From Planctomycetota bacterium (GTDB taxonomy: Bacteria; Planctomycetota; UBA1135; GCA-002686595), in contig JARGPD010000003.1 in the NCBI GenBank assembly GCA_029212845.1, positions 3,417 through 67,416 on the forward strand: a stretch of 64,000 nt of DNA. Direction: 5' to 3'. Under the pieces are notes generated by a model, which saw only the letters and a program-made list of their open reading frames with translations, did no database searches and was not told where the DNA came from. A program made the translations under genes and the position numbers. Within the stretch, counting starts at the first letter, position 1; the number at the start of each line of letters is the position of its first letter. Positions 1 through 9,762 of this stretch are shown here, piece by piece.

Positions 1-388
1 CGCAGTCGCCACAGATCTCGGAGTGCTCCTCGTGGGGCACGAAGTCGTGGATCTCGACGCCCGCCGCGAAGGTGCCCTGGGTCAGGCGCGTGGTCGCGGA
101 CAGGGCCACGAGGCCGGGGTAGACGCGCATGCCATGGGCGTCGACAGTCTCGCAGCCGTCGGGCAGGATCAGCTCGTAGCCGATCTCCTCGATCTTGCCG
201 TTCTTGGAGAGCAGGGTGGCGCCGCGCAGCACCTCGCCGGTGCCGGCGAAGATGTCTCCGCCGACGATGGCCAGGTAGCTGTCCTCTTCGTGGTCGTCGG
301 CAAGCAGGGCCAGGCTCGGCGCGGCGAAGGAGAGGGCGAGGCTGAGGCCGAGGGCCCCGCCGATGAGTTGCTTCTTCATGGTCTTCAT
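1..388 (-). CDS. Secreted amidohydrolase-superfamily protein, N-terminal part only (runs off the window edge); HxH motif degenerate
   Basis: Translated by hand (not in the ORF track): MKTMKKQLIGGALGLSLALSFAAPSLA (signal peptide)...YLAIVGGDIFAGTGEVLRGATLLSKNGKIEEIG...VDAHGMRVYPGLVALSA. This is the typical amidohydrolase N-terminal beta-domain, with PGLVALS where PGxIDxHxH is expected. Alternative starts at 379 or 400. Confidence 0.8.
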   Translation of the reverse strand, partial: MKTMKKQLIGGALGLSLALSFAAPSLALLADDHEEDSYLAIVGGDIFAGTGEVLRGATLLSKNGKIEEIGYELILPDGCETVDAHGMRVYPGLVALSATTRLTQGTFAAGVEIHDFVPHEEHSEICGDC

Positions 389-400
389 CACTGGTTCCAC

Positions 401-1681
401 CTACTGGGCCGAGGCCTCTTCCACGAAGTCGCCGGCGTGCATCACCGCCTTCAGGTTGGTCGATGCTTGGAAGGGATCGCCGTCGAAGAACAACATCGTC
501 GCCTCCTTGCCGGCGCCGAGGCTCCCGACGGTCTCGTCCACACCGAGCAGGACGGCCGGCTCGTGGGTCATCGCGGCCAGGGCCGCCTGGGGGTCCATGC
601 CGCGCTTGACGAGGTGCCCGACGTGCTGGCGCCACTTCTCCTGGTTGCCCAGGTCGTCGCCGTTGGGGATGAACACGACGCGCGCACCAGCGCGGTCGAG
701 CTCGGCCGGGATGTTGCGCTCGCGCGCGGTCCAGGGCATCAGGGTCAGGCGCGGCTCAACGACGACCTGGCGCTCGTCGGCACCGAGCTTCTCGGCGACC
801 TCGTACAGATCGATGTCGTTGCGCAGCGGCACGCGCATGGACCAGCTGATCTGCTCCTCGCCGAGGGCGTCGATCAGGTGCAGGTAGTCGCCCGCCTTGC
901 GGATCGAGAACATCGCGCTGAGCTCGCCTTCGCGAAGGTCGAGGAAGGCGGCGGCCTCGTCGCTGGGATCGGGCTCGACGAAGTCACCCGGGTCGACGGG
1001 CTCCTTCTTCTTGGCCTTCTCTTCGTCGTCGTACTTCTTCCACTTCTTCAGCTCGTCGTCGTACTTCTCCTTCGCCTTCTCGTGCTTCTCACGGGCTTCG
1101 GTGACCTTCTCGAGGTGCTTGTCAGCCTCCTCGAAACCATCGCGCAGGGTCTTCTTCGCCTTGCTGTTCGACTCCATCAAGATCTTGAGGTACGCGCCCT
1201 CGCGCACCAGCATGGACTCGCGCGAGTCGCCGGCGGTCGAGACCACCACCGCCTGCCCGGGAATCTGGTTGCCGGGGGGGTACAGACCGAGGGTCGTCAC
1301 GCCAGCCTCGAGCAGCTCGCCGTAGATCGGCTGGCGCGGGTACAGCTCGGTCGAGGCCTGCACACCGGGCTGGGTCCCGCTGCCGCCGCTGCTAGACATG
1401 CCAGCGCGGGAGTAGCAGTTGACGAAGCCCGGCGTCACCACCCAGTCAGGACGATCGATCACGCGGATGCCGCGCTCGATCTCGAGGTCCTGGCCGATCG
1501 TGATGATCTTGCCGTTCTCGATCAGGATGACCGCATGCTCGATCGTGCCCTGGGAGACCGTCTCGGCACGGCCCACGCGGAGGGCGAACAGGTCGGGGGT
1601 GGGGCTCGCCGGAGCGGCGAGGAGCGGTGCTTGCGTCCCAAGGACACAGGCCAAGCCAACAAGGAGGTTTCGCATCTTCAT
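401..1681 (-). CDS. Secreted amidohydrolase-superfamily protein, probably non-catalytic, with a charged Lys/Glu insert
   Basis: Signal peptide; VILIENGKIITIG; PGFVNCYSR in place of HxH; C-terminal VGSLGAGKEATMLFFDGDPF motif; charged insert EAREKHEKAKEKYDDELKKWKKYDDEEKAKKKE. Confidence 0.85.
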   Translation of the reverse strand: MKMRNLLVGLACVLGTQAPLLAAPASPTPDLFALRVGRAETVSQGTIEHAVILIENGKIITIGQDLEIERGIRVIDRPDWVVTPGFVNCYSRAGMSSSGGSGTQPGVQASTELYPRQPIYGELLEAGVTTLGLYPPGNQIPGQAVVVSTAGDSRESMLVREGAYLKILMESNSKAKKTLRDGFEEADKHLEKVTEAREKHEKAKEKYDDELKKWKKYDDEEKAKKKEPVDPGDFVEPDPSDEAAAFLDLREGELSAMFSIRKAGDYLHLIDALGEEQISWSMRVPLRNDIDLYEVAEKLGADERQVVVEPRLTLMPWTARERNIPAELDRAGARVVFIPNGDDLGNQEKWRQHVGHLVKRGMDPQAALAAMTHEPAVLLGVDETVGSLGAGKEATMLFFDGDPFQASTNLKAVMHAGDFVEEASAQ

Positions 1682-1696
1682 GGTCGAGTCAGGAAA

Positions 1697-2959
1697 TCAG
1701 AACCACTGACCATCGTGGGTCCGCTGGTATTGAACTTCGCCGTCGATGACGACGACCTCCGCGCGGGTGCGCGGGTCGAGAGGATCGCCGGTCCAGATCA
1801 CGAGGTCAGCATCCTTGCCGACCTCGAGGCTGCCGACGCGATCCTCGATCCCGAAGGTCCGGGCAGGGTGGATCGTGAGGGCCTTCAACATCGTGTACGC
1901 ATCCGCCCCGTGGTGGACCGAGACCGAACCCTGGAGGAAGAGCTCCTCCTGGGGGATCACGGGTGCGTCCGTGTTGAGTGAGAACAGAGGCACGCCGGCC
2001 TCCACGTAGGCCGCAGAGGTGCCGACGATGCGACCCTCCTTCATGCCTAGGTTGAAGTTGAACGTGCGCGGGCCGTGGTTGACGGGCACGCCCATCGACG
2101 CCACGTAGTCGGCCGTGTACCAGCCATCGAAGCTCCCGTGGCTGACGGCGCAGCGCGTGTCGTAGCGGCCCTTCCACATGCGCACGGTGCTGGCGACGCC
2201 CTCGTTGCCCGCACAGTGGATCAGCACCGGCAGCTCGCCGGCGTGGATGCGTGTCAGGTTGGCGAGGGCCGGGTCGAAGCTGCCGGTGTCACGCGCCTGC
2301 ACGGCGCGGTCGTTGACCTCTTCGAGCAGCCAGCCGAGGCCAGCGCGCGTGGCGCCGATGTCCCCGGCGCGCCGCTCGGGGTTGTGGGTCTGGGCGACCT
2401 TCATGCCGCCCGGATCGGCGAGCACGGCGCCCTCGTAGGTCGACTCGGTCTTGGTCTTCAGCAGCACGCCGAAGCCCGAGATGCTGGTGCCGCTGCCGGG
2501 GATGCCGAAGATCGTCGTCACGCCCGCCGCGCAGGCACGGCGCACGTTCGGGTTGCCGGCGACGATCGTCGGGCGCGTCGAGAACTCGTGGTTGGTCGGC
2601 ATCACCATGTCGTTGGTGTCGCCCCAGCCGCCGGCGTGGATGTGCGAGTGCAGGTCGATGAAGCCGGGCGTGACCCAGGCCTCATCGAGCTCGATCGACT
2701 CGAAGCCCGCGGGCACGTCGATCGGCGCGCCCACGTAGGTGATGTCGCCGTTCTCGACCAGCAGCATGCCCGGGTCGAGGATCGTGTCGCCGGCGTTCAT
2801 CGTCAGCACACGCCCACAGCGGATCGCCAGGGAGGGTGTCGCGACCGGCGCGTTGTGGATCTCGATCGGACGCACGTCGGCGTACGCATCGCCGGTGCCG
2901 GAGACGCCGGGGACCAAGGTGCTGGCGACCAGCAGGGTCAAGCTCGTGAGGGCTGCCAT
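1697..2959 (-). CDS. Secreted metal-dependent amidohydrolase (imidazolonepropionase-like), intact metal site
   Basis: PGFIDLHSH, MKVAQ (Lys), VLIHC, AVSHG, LNTDAP, VGSLEVGKDADLVIWTGDP; N-terminal hydrophobic signal. Confidence 0.9.
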   Translation of the reverse strand: MAALTSLTLLVASTLVPGVSGTGDAYADVRPIEIHNAPVATPSLAIRCGRVLTMNAGDTILDPGMLLVENGDITYVGAPIDVPAGFESIELDEAWVTPGFIDLHSHIHAGGWGDTNDMVMPTNHEFSTRPTIVAGNPNVRRACAAGVTTIFGIPGSGTSISGFGVLLKTKTESTYEGAVLADPGGMKVAQTHNPERRAGDIGATRAGLGWLLEEVNDRAVQARDTGSFDPALANLTRIHAGELPVLIHCAGNEGVASTVRMWKGRYDTRCAVSHGSFDGWYTADYVASMGVPVNHGPRTFNFNLGMKEGRIVGTSAAYVEAGVPLFSLNTDAPVIPQEELFLQGSVSVHHGADAYTMLKALTIHPARTFGIEDRVGSLEVGKDADLVIWTGDPLDPRTRAEVVVIDGEVQYQRTHDGQWF

Positions 2960-4266
2960 TAGAAGAGGCGCTCCTCGCGGGCGTCGTAGGACAGCTCGCC
3001 GTTGACGTAGACGCGAGTGACCGCCGAGCGCGGGTCCGCCGGGTGGCCGTCGAGCACCACGATGTCGGCGTCCTTGCCGGCCTCGAGACTGCCCACGCGG
3101 TGGTCGATGCCAGCCACCTCGGCGGGCACGATCGTCAAGCCGCGGACCACCTCGCCCGCTTCATCGCGGAAGCCGAAGCGCGCGCCCATGGCGCCCTGCA
3201 GGGCCAGCTCCTCGGCCGGCACCACCGGGGCGTCGGTGTTGAAGCCGATGTCGGTCATGCCGCGGCGCTGGTACTCGGCCGCGACTCCCATGATCGCGCC
3301 GTCGGTGTCGATGCCGCGACCCTTGGTCTGCATGTTGATCGAGCGCGGGCCGAGGATCGCCGGGACGTCGAGCTCGAGCGCCCGGCCGGTGGCCTTGTAG
3401 CCGTCGAAGGTGCCGTGGTCGATGAACACGTCGAGACCGAACTCGCCCTTCATGATGTTCATCGAGGCCAGCACGACCTGGTGCACCTGGGTGTGCGTCG
3501 AGATCTGGGCCGCGCCCGAGTAGAGCGCGCGGAAAACCTCGAACTGCGGGTTCACCTCGGGGGCGGGCTCGTCCTTGCCCCAGTCGCCGGCCTCGTAGGC
3601 GGCCCAGGTCTTGGCGTAGGCGACGCCGCGGGTGAACGCCTCGCGCACGGTCCAGTTCAGCATGATGCGGTTCATGCCGTACCCCCAGCGCTTGGGGTTG
3701 TCTGCCTGGGCGACCTTGAGCGAGCCCGGGTCGCGCACGACCATGTCCTCGTAGCTGGTCGGAGCGGTCTTGAGCAGGATGCCCTCACCGCCGAGGTTCG
3801 TGGCGCTGCCGGGGATGTAGAGGATCGTGGTCACGCCGCCGGCCAGGGCGCGCCGCAGGTTGGCGTTGCCGGGGACGACGGTGCACTTCACGCGCAGGCC
3901 GGGGTTGGCCTGGTAGACCGCGTCGTTGTATCCGCGACCTGCGATGTGGCTGTGCAGGTCGATCATGCCGGGCATCAGCCAGCTGTCGCCGAGGTCCTCG
4001 AGCTCGTAGCCCTCGGGCACCTCGACGTCGCGCGGCAGGACCGCCTCGATGCGGCCGTCGCGGCTGAGCACGGTGCCGTGGTCAACGACGGTCTGCTCGC
4101 CGTCGCTGCTGCACACCAGCACCTTGGCGGCGCGCAGGGCGAGGCCCGGGGACGTGTCCCCCACCGGCTCCTGGGCGCCCATGCAGGTCCCCGCGCCCGC
4201 AGCCCAGAGGGCAGCGGCGCCGAAGACTCCGAGGGGCGCTCGGAGGATGGAGACGGTGGCGGTCAT
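2959..4266 (-). CDS. Secreted metal-dependent amidohydrolase, intact metal site
   Basis: PGMIDLHSH, LKVAQ, ISTHTQ, FIDHGT, FNTDAP, VGSLEAGKDADIV; its stop overlaps the next start (TAATG). Confidence 0.9.
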   Translation of the reverse strand: MTATVSILRAPLGVFGAAALWAAGAGTCMGAQEPVGDTSPGLALRAAKVLVCSSDGEQTVVDHGTVLSRDGRIEAVLPRDVEVPEGYELEDLGDSWLMPGMIDLHSHIAGRGYNDAVYQANPGLRVKCTVVPGNANLRRALAGGVTTILYIPGSATNLGGEGILLKTAPTSYEDMVVRDPGSLKVAQADNPKRWGYGMNRIMLNWTVREAFTRGVAYAKTWAAYEAGDWGKDEPAPEVNPQFEVFRALYSGAAQISTHTQVHQVVLASMNIMKGEFGLDVFIDHGTFDGYKATGRALELDVPAILGPRSINMQTKGRGIDTDGAIMGVAAEYQRRGMTDIGFNTDAPVVPAEELALQGAMGARFGFRDEAGEVVRGLTIVPAEVAGIDHRVGSLEAGKDADIVVLDGHPADPRSAVTRVYVNGELSYDAREERLF

Positions 4267-4273
4267 CGGGGCT

Positions 4274-5599
4274 CTAGTACTCGCGCTTCTCCTCGGCGTC
4301 GTAGACCAGGTGGCCTTCGATCCAGACGCGCTCGACGGCCGAGCGGGGGTCAGCGGGGTGGCCGGTGATCTGCAGGATGTCGGCGTGCTTGCCGACCTCG
4401 AGGCTGCCGGTCTCGTGGCTGATGTTGGCGATGCGCGCGGGGATGATCGTCAGCCCGCGCACGGCCTGCATGGCCTCATCGCGGAAGCCATGGCGCACGG
4501 CGACGGTCGCCTGCAGCTGCAGCTCCTCCTGGGGCATCACGGGGGCGTCGGTGTTGAAGCCGATGTCCTTCACGCCCGCGTCCTGATAGCCCACCGCGGT
4601 ACCGCGCCAGCCTTCGTGTTGGATGTTCTGGGACCAGCCCATGAAGCCGCGCGAGGGAGCGTCCACGTTGCGCGGGCCCAGCTGGGCGGCGACGTCGAGG
4701 CGCTTGATCTCGGAGCCGAGCCGCCAGGCGCCGATCGTGCCGTGGTCGATGAACAGGGGCAGGCTCAGCTCCTCCACGACCATCGAGAGGGACTCTGCGA
4801 CCACCTGGTAGATCTGGGTGTGGGCTGAGATCTGCGCCATGTGGGGCACAAGCCAGCGGAACACCTCGAACTGCAGGTCGATGTCCGGCTCGGGACCGGT
4901 GCCGTCCTCGAAGGCCTGCCAGAGCTGGGCGTAGGCGACGCCGCGCTTGAGGGTCTCGCGCGTGTGGTAGTTCATGAAGCTGCGGGCGACACCCCAGGCG
5001 TAGCGCTCGGGGTTGCCCGATTGCGCCAGCTTCATCGAGCCCGGGTTGCGGATCTCCATCGACTCGTAGTCGTGGAGCCCCGTCTTCAGCAGCACGCCCT
5101 GGCCACCGATGTTCGAGCCGGAGCCCGGGATGAACAGGATCGAGGTGACGCCGGCGGCGACGGCGCGGGTCAGGTTCGGGTTGCGCGGCACCACGGCGGT
5201 CGAAGCGCGCACGCCGGGGTTGGTCAGGTAGACCGTGTCGTTGATGTCGAAGCTGCCCGCGACGTGGGAGTGCAGGTCGATCATGCCCGGCATGAGCCAG
5301 TCGCTACCGAGGTCGTGGACCTCGTAGCCCTCGGGGACCTCGAGCGTGCCGCGGCGTCCGATCGCCTCGATGCGGCCGCCACTCAAGAGGATCACGCCAT
5401 GGTCGATCACCTCGGGACCCTGCTCGGCGCAGGTCAGGATCTTGGCGGCAAAGAGCGCCTGCTTGACCTCGGGCACGACCTCGTCGGCACGCGTGACCGG
5501 CTTCGCCGACGGCGGGTTCTGCACACCAACGGGCTCGTCTCCCAGAGCAATGGGAGCGACGAGACCTGCTAGGAGGAGTCCGGTAAGGGGGGCTTTCAT
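4274..5599 (-). CDS. Secreted metal-dependent amidohydrolase, intact metal site
   Basis: C-terminal part of ORF 4274..6649. Real start taken as MKAPLTGLLLAGLVAPIALG at 5599 (or GTG 5632, which overlaps the upstream stop). PGMIDLHSH, MKLAQ, ISAHTQ, FIDHGT, FNTDAP. Confidence 0.9.
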   Translation of the reverse strand: MKAPLTGLLLAGLVAPIALGDEPVGVQNPPSAKPVTRADEVVPEVKQALFAAKILTCAEQGPEVIDHGVILLSGGRIEAIGRRGTLEVPEGYEVHDLGSDWLMPGMIDLHSHVAGSFDINDTVYLTNPGVRASTAVVPRNPNLTRAVAAGVTSILFIPGSGSNIGGQGVLLKTGLHDYESMEIRNPGSMKLAQSGNPERYAWGVARSFMNYHTRETLKRGVAYAQLWQAFEDGTGPEPDIDLQFEVFRWLVPHMAQISAHTQIYQVVAESLSMVVEELSLPLFIDHGTIGAWRLGSEIKRLDVAAQLGPRNVDAPSRGFMGWSQNIQHEGWRGTAVGYQDAGVKDIGFNTDAPVMPQEELQLQATVAVRHGFRDEAMQAVRGLTIIPARIANISHETGSLEVGKHADILQITGHPADPRSAVERVWIEGHLVYDAEEKREY

Positions 5600-5628
5600 G
5601 GCGGAGGGCCCGATGGGGCCCGGCTGGG

Positions 5629-6924
5629 TCACTGGATGTGCCGGCCTTCGATGAAGACCTTGGAGATGCGCGAGCGCGGGTCGGCGGGGTGCCCGCTGAT
5701 CACCACGATGTCGGCGTGCTTGCCGACCTCGAGGCTCCCGACCACGTCGTCGATCCCGGCCGCGATGGCCGGGTTGATCGTCAGGCCACGGACGGCCTCC
5801 ATGTTCGAATCGTCGAGGCCGAAGTGGACCGCCATGGCGGCCTGCATCGTGTACTCCTCGTCCATGATCACCGGCGAGTCGGTGTTGAAGCCGATCACCT
5901 TGTGGCCCGCCTGCTGGTAGCCGGCGGCGACGCCGCGGAAGCCCTCGGCCTCGATGTGGCCAGCCCACTGCATGAAGCCGCGCGCGGGCGCGTCGACGTT
6001 GCGGGGACCGAGCATCGCGGGGACGCCCAGCTCCTGGGCCAGGCCGCCGAGGCGCCAGGCCCCGATCGTGCCGTGGTCGATGTACAGGTCGAGGCCAAAC
6101 TCCTGGGTCACCATGGTCAGCGACTCGAGCACGACCTGGTAGATCTGCGTGTGGGCCGACACCTGGGTACGCTTGGCCAAGAGGTCGCGGAACAGCTCCC
6201 ACTGGATGTCGATCTCGGGCTCCTCGCCGCCGTTCTTCTCGAAGTCGGCCCAGCGGTGCGCGTACTCGAGACCGCGCTCGAAGGTGTTGCGCGTGTGCCA
6301 GTTCATGAAGCTGCGGGCCACGCCCCAGGCGAAGCGCTCGGGGTTGCCCGACTGGGCCAGCTTCAAAGAGCCAGGGTTGCGAACCTCGCAGTCCTCGTAC
6401 TTGTCGAAGCCAGTCTTGAGCAGGACACCGGCGCCGCCCATGTTCGAGCCCGAGCCCGGGATGTAGAGCACGCTGGTCACACCAACCCGCGCTGCGCCCA
6501 TGGAGGACTTGTTGCCCGGCGTGACCGCCGAGGAGGCGCGCAGGCCGGGGTTGGTCAGGTAGACCGTGTCGTTCAGGTCGTTGACGCCCGAGTACAGGGA
6601 CTCGCCCGACTCGTGGGTGTGCAGGTCGATGAAGCCCGGCGATAGCCACCTCTCACCGAGGTCCTCGAACACCCGCCCACCCTCGGCGGGCGGCAGGTCG
6701 GCCAGCTTGCCGACGAAGGTGATGCGGCCGTCGCGGATGGCGAGGACGCCGTTGTCGACGACGCCCGCGGGGCCCTCGGCCGCAGTCAGGATCTTGCGCG
6801 CCTCGAGCACCAGCTCGGGCCCGCCGACTTCACCCGCGACCGGCGCGTCCACGGCCACCCCACCCAACGCCACGGGGGCGGCGAGCAGGAGTGCCGGGAA
6901 GAGCCCTGGAAGCAGCGGGGCCAT
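5629..6924 (-). CDS. Secreted metal-dependent amidohydrolase, intact metal site; close paralogue of 4274..5599
   Basis: Start MAPLLPGLFPALLLAAPVALG at 6924 (TGATG overlap with the upstream stop). PGFIDLHTH, LKLAQSGNPERFAWGVARSFMN, VSAHTQ, YIDHGT, FNTDSP. Confidence 0.9.
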   Translation of the reverse strand: MAPLLPGLFPALLLAAPVALGGVAVDAPVAGEVGGPELVLEARKILTAAEGPAGVVDNGVLAIRDGRITFVGKLADLPPAEGGRVFEDLGERWLSPGFIDLHTHESGESLYSGVNDLNDTVYLTNPGLRASSAVTPGNKSSMGAARVGVTSVLYIPGSGSNMGGAGVLLKTGFDKYEDCEVRNPGSLKLAQSGNPERFAWGVARSFMNWHTRNTFERGLEYAHRWADFEKNGGEEPEIDIQWELFRDLLAKRTQVSAHTQIYQVVLESLTMVTQEFGLDLYIDHGTIGAWRLGGLAQELGVPAMLGPRNVDAPARGFMQWAGHIEAEGFRGVAAGYQQAGHKVIGFNTDSPVIMDEEYTMQAAMAVHFGLDDSNMEAVRGLTINPAIAAGIDDVVGSLEVGKHADIVVISGHPADPRSRISKVFIEGRHIQ

Positions 6925-9740
6925 CAATCGACGATCTCCCGGCCGGCGACCCAGGTGCGCTGCACGCGGGCGTTGCCATCGAGCGGGCTGCCGTCCAGCA
7001 AGAGCACGTCGGCGTCGAGGCCCATGGCTAGGCGGCCGACGCGGTCGTCGATGTCGAGCATGTCGGCCGAGTCCGCGGTCAGGGCCCGCAGGGCACCGGC
7101 CGGGCTCATGCCCTCGACCATCGCGAAGGAGGCCAGGAGCAGCAGGTCCGCCGCGCCCTCCTCGGCCGCGCTGTAGAAGGCCACCGGAATCCCGGCTGCC
7201 TGCAGCTCGGCGAAGCGGTTGACGCTCTCGAGGCCGCTCGTCGAGCGGGTCGGCCAGCGGTCGGGCAGGATGCCCGCGATGCGGCCGGAGATCTGATCCT
7301 TCACGCGCCAAGCATCCTCGGCGCCCAAGAGCACCGGCTTGATGCCCACGGCCTCGAAGGCCGCGACGCAGTCGAGGATCTCATCGTCCCGGCTGGCCTG
7401 GACGATCACGGCGACCTCGCCCATCAGGGCGCGGCGCAGGGGCTCGAGGTTCGGGTCCAGGTTCGGCTCCTTGGGCATGCCCTTGGGGTCCTTCGGGTCC
7501 GGCTCGGGCTTGCGCACCTCGGGGCGGCTGGCGATGACGTACTCGCGGCTGGTCCGCTCGGCTTCGAACTCGAAGCTGGCACCACGCCACTCGATCTTGC
7601 CTTCGAGCTTCTCGTCGTCGAGCTCGCCGGTCACCACCAGCCCGACGTCACCCTTGACGCCGTGCACGGAGAGCTTGCCCTTCTTGTGGTCGAAGGTGCC
7701 CTCGAAGCGCATCAGGCGATCGGCGACGGCGGAGGCGCGCAGGGAGCCGCGCACCTCGGTGGTGCCCTCGGACGGACCGTCCGAGAACTGGAAGCGGGCC
7801 TTGCCCCAGTCGGAGGTCGACTCCCACACGCCGGTCAGCGGGTCGAGGTCCTTCTCCTTCTTCTTCTTCTTGCCGTCGTCCTCTTCGGACTCCTCGGCGT
7901 CCTCGGCCTTGTCCTCGTCCTTCCCCTCTTCGGCCTTCTCGACCTTCGGGGCGGGCGGGGTCCACTCGGCCATGGCGGCCTCGTACTCCTCCCAGGACTC
8001 CTTGTACTTGACCGCCTTCTCGAGCATCGAGGTCACGTTGGAGCCGATGCGGTAGCGGTCCGAGCTGCTCCAGATCATGCGGACGGCGGCATCGTCCTCG
8101 ACGACCATCGACTCGTAGTCGGCGCCGGCCGGCTTGTAGGCCAGCAGCGACGTCGCGCCACCACCGATCGAGTAGGGCGAGAGCATCACGGTCGTGACGC
8201 CCGCCTTGGCGATGCGGCGGCCGTCGGCGTCGTCGGGGGTCAGCACACGGGTCATCGAGAAGCCCGCCGGCGCCACCTTGCGGGAGCCGTCCATGCCGAA
8301 GTGACCGAGCGCGTCGATGATCCCGGGCATCGCGGCCTCGCCGCGGATCACGGTGGCACCCTTGGGGTGCGCGACGCGCTCGCCGACCTCGAGGATGCGG
8401 CCATCCTTCATCAGCAGCTGGCCGGGTCGCAGGACCTGGCCGTCGCCGACGAAGAGTTCTTCAACCTCGAGCACGACCACGCCCTCGGACTTGCCGAGGA
8501 AGCCCAGCTCGCCGTCAACCCAGGTGGCCCGCACGGAGCTGCCCAGGGTCATCGGCTCGCCGGAGAGGACCACGAAGTCGGCGTCCTTGCCACTGGCGAG
8601 GCTGCCCACCCGGCCGGCGGCCCCGATCAAGACGGCGGCGTCGGAGGTCACGGCGGCCAGGGCCGCCTGGGGCGAGAGGCCGCCCTGGGTGCAGAGGGTC
8701 GCGAGGGCCAGGAGGTTGGCCGGGTTGGTGTTGCTGCTCGGCGCGATGGCGAAGCGCACACCGGCCTTGGCGAGGGCAGCGGGCACGTCGAGGGTCGGCC
8801 ATTCGGCGTCCTCACCCTTGCCCCAGTTCGTCGCGGTGCCCAGGCGCTGGCGCGGCTGGAAGACCACGCCCACGTTGGCGGCAGCCAGGACGTCGGCCAC
8901 GTCCGCGGCACTATGGGCGCCGTCGACAACCACGGTCTGACCGTTCGCCGTGGCGAAGTTGGCAACGGCGCGCAGCTCCGACGCCGAGCCAGCGGTCAGG
9001 CGCCACGTGGCGCCCGCCTCGAGGGCCTTGGCCAGGTCCGCGGCGGCGTAGGGTCCGAAGTCCTCGTCCACCTCGGCGCCCGTGCTCGCGAGGAGCAGCT
9101 GGTCCAGGGCGCTGACGGCACCCTGCAGGCTGTGCGGCAGCTGGGGCATCTCGACGCCCATGCCGACGTCGACCGTGGCCGGGACCGGGGGCTCCCAGAA
9201 TCCCTGGGTGCGGTAGGCGTCGGAGGCGACCGAGCCGTCGACCGCCGCCATGGCGGAGACGATCGCGCGCTCCTTGGCACCACCGAGCTTGACCACACCA
9301 CCGAGGCCACCGAGCAGGCGCCCGCCGGCAGGGTCGATGTAGGCGCTCGTGACGCCGCTGGCGAGCATCGCCCGGCGATCGGCGAACAGGTCGAAGTTGT
9401 CGACGGCGGACAGGGCTGCGTCCGCGGTGCGGGGACCGGGCATGCCTCGGCCGAAGCCCGATTCGGCGACCACGAGGCCGGGGATCAGGTGTGCGTCTGG
9501 GCCGTAGTCGACGACCTGGGCGCCACTCGGGACGTCAAGGTCTGCGCCCACGGCAAGGATGCGGCCGTCCTGGACGACGATCGAGCCGTTCGTGATCGTG
9601 CCTGCGGCATCCATCGTGTGGATGTGGCCAGCGCGGATCACGACGGTGTCGCCACCGGCGGCTGCGAGGGGACTCGCAGACCAGGCGACCGTGCCAATGA
9701 GGGCGAGGCCGACTGCGGAGAGGGTGATGTGCTTGTTCAA
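6924..9740 (-). CDS. Secreted tandem double-amidohydrolase protein (two degenerate domains) with an inserted acidic/Lys linker and beta-rich domain
   Basis: TTG start with GGAGG RBS; signal peptide. Domain 1: PGLVVAES...VGSLASGKDADFVVLSGEP. Domain 2: PGIIDALGH...VGRLAMGLDADVLLLDGSP. Insert: EEGKDEDKAEDAEESEEDDGKKKKKEKDLDPLTGVWE...FEAERTS. Confidence 0.88.
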   Translation of the reverse strand: MNKHITLSAVGLALIGTVAWSASPLAAAGGDTVVIRAGHIHTMDAAGTITNGSIVVQDGRILAVGADLDVPSGAQVVDYGPDAHLIPGLVVAESGFGRGMPGPRTADAALSAVDNFDLFADRRAMLASGVTSAYIDPAGGRLLGGLGGVVKLGGAKERAIVSAMAAVDGSVASDAYRTQGFWEPPVPATVDVGMGVEMPQLPHSLQGAVSALDQLLLASTGAEVDEDFGPYAAADLAKALEAGATWRLTAGSASELRAVANFATANGQTVVVDGAHSAADVADVLAAANVGVVFQPRQRLGTATNWGKGEDAEWPTLDVPAALAKAGVRFAIAPSSNTNPANLLALATLCTQGGLSPQAALAAVTSDAAVLIGAAGRVGSLASGKDADFVVLSGEPMTLGSSVRATWVDGELGFLGKSEGVVVLEVEELFVGDGQVLRPGQLLMKDGRILEVGERVAHPKGATVIRGEAAMPGIIDALGHFGMDGSRKVAPAGFSMTRVLTPDDADGRRIAKAGVTTVMLSPYSIGGGATSLLAYKPAGADYESMVVEDDAAVRMIWSSSDRYRIGSNVTSMLEKAVKYKESWEEYEAAMAEWTPPAPKVEKAEEGKDEDKAEDAEESEEDDGKKKKKEKDLDPLTGVWESTSDWGKARFQFSDGPSEGTTEVRGSLRASAVADRLMRFEGTFDHKKGKLSVHGVKGDVGLVVTGELDDEKLEGKIEWRGASFEFEAERTSREYVIASRPEVRKPEPDPKDPKGMPKEPNLDPNLEPLRRALMGEVAVIVQASRDDEILDCVAAFEAVGIKPVLLGAEDAWRVKDQISGRIAGILPDRWPTRSTSGLESVNRFAELQAAGIPVAFYSAAEEGAADLLLLASFAMVEGMSPAGALRALTADSADMLDIDDRVGRLAMGLDADVLLLDGSPLDGNARVQRTWVAGREIVD

Positions 9741-9762
9741 GTGGGGTGCCTCCGAAAGGGGC

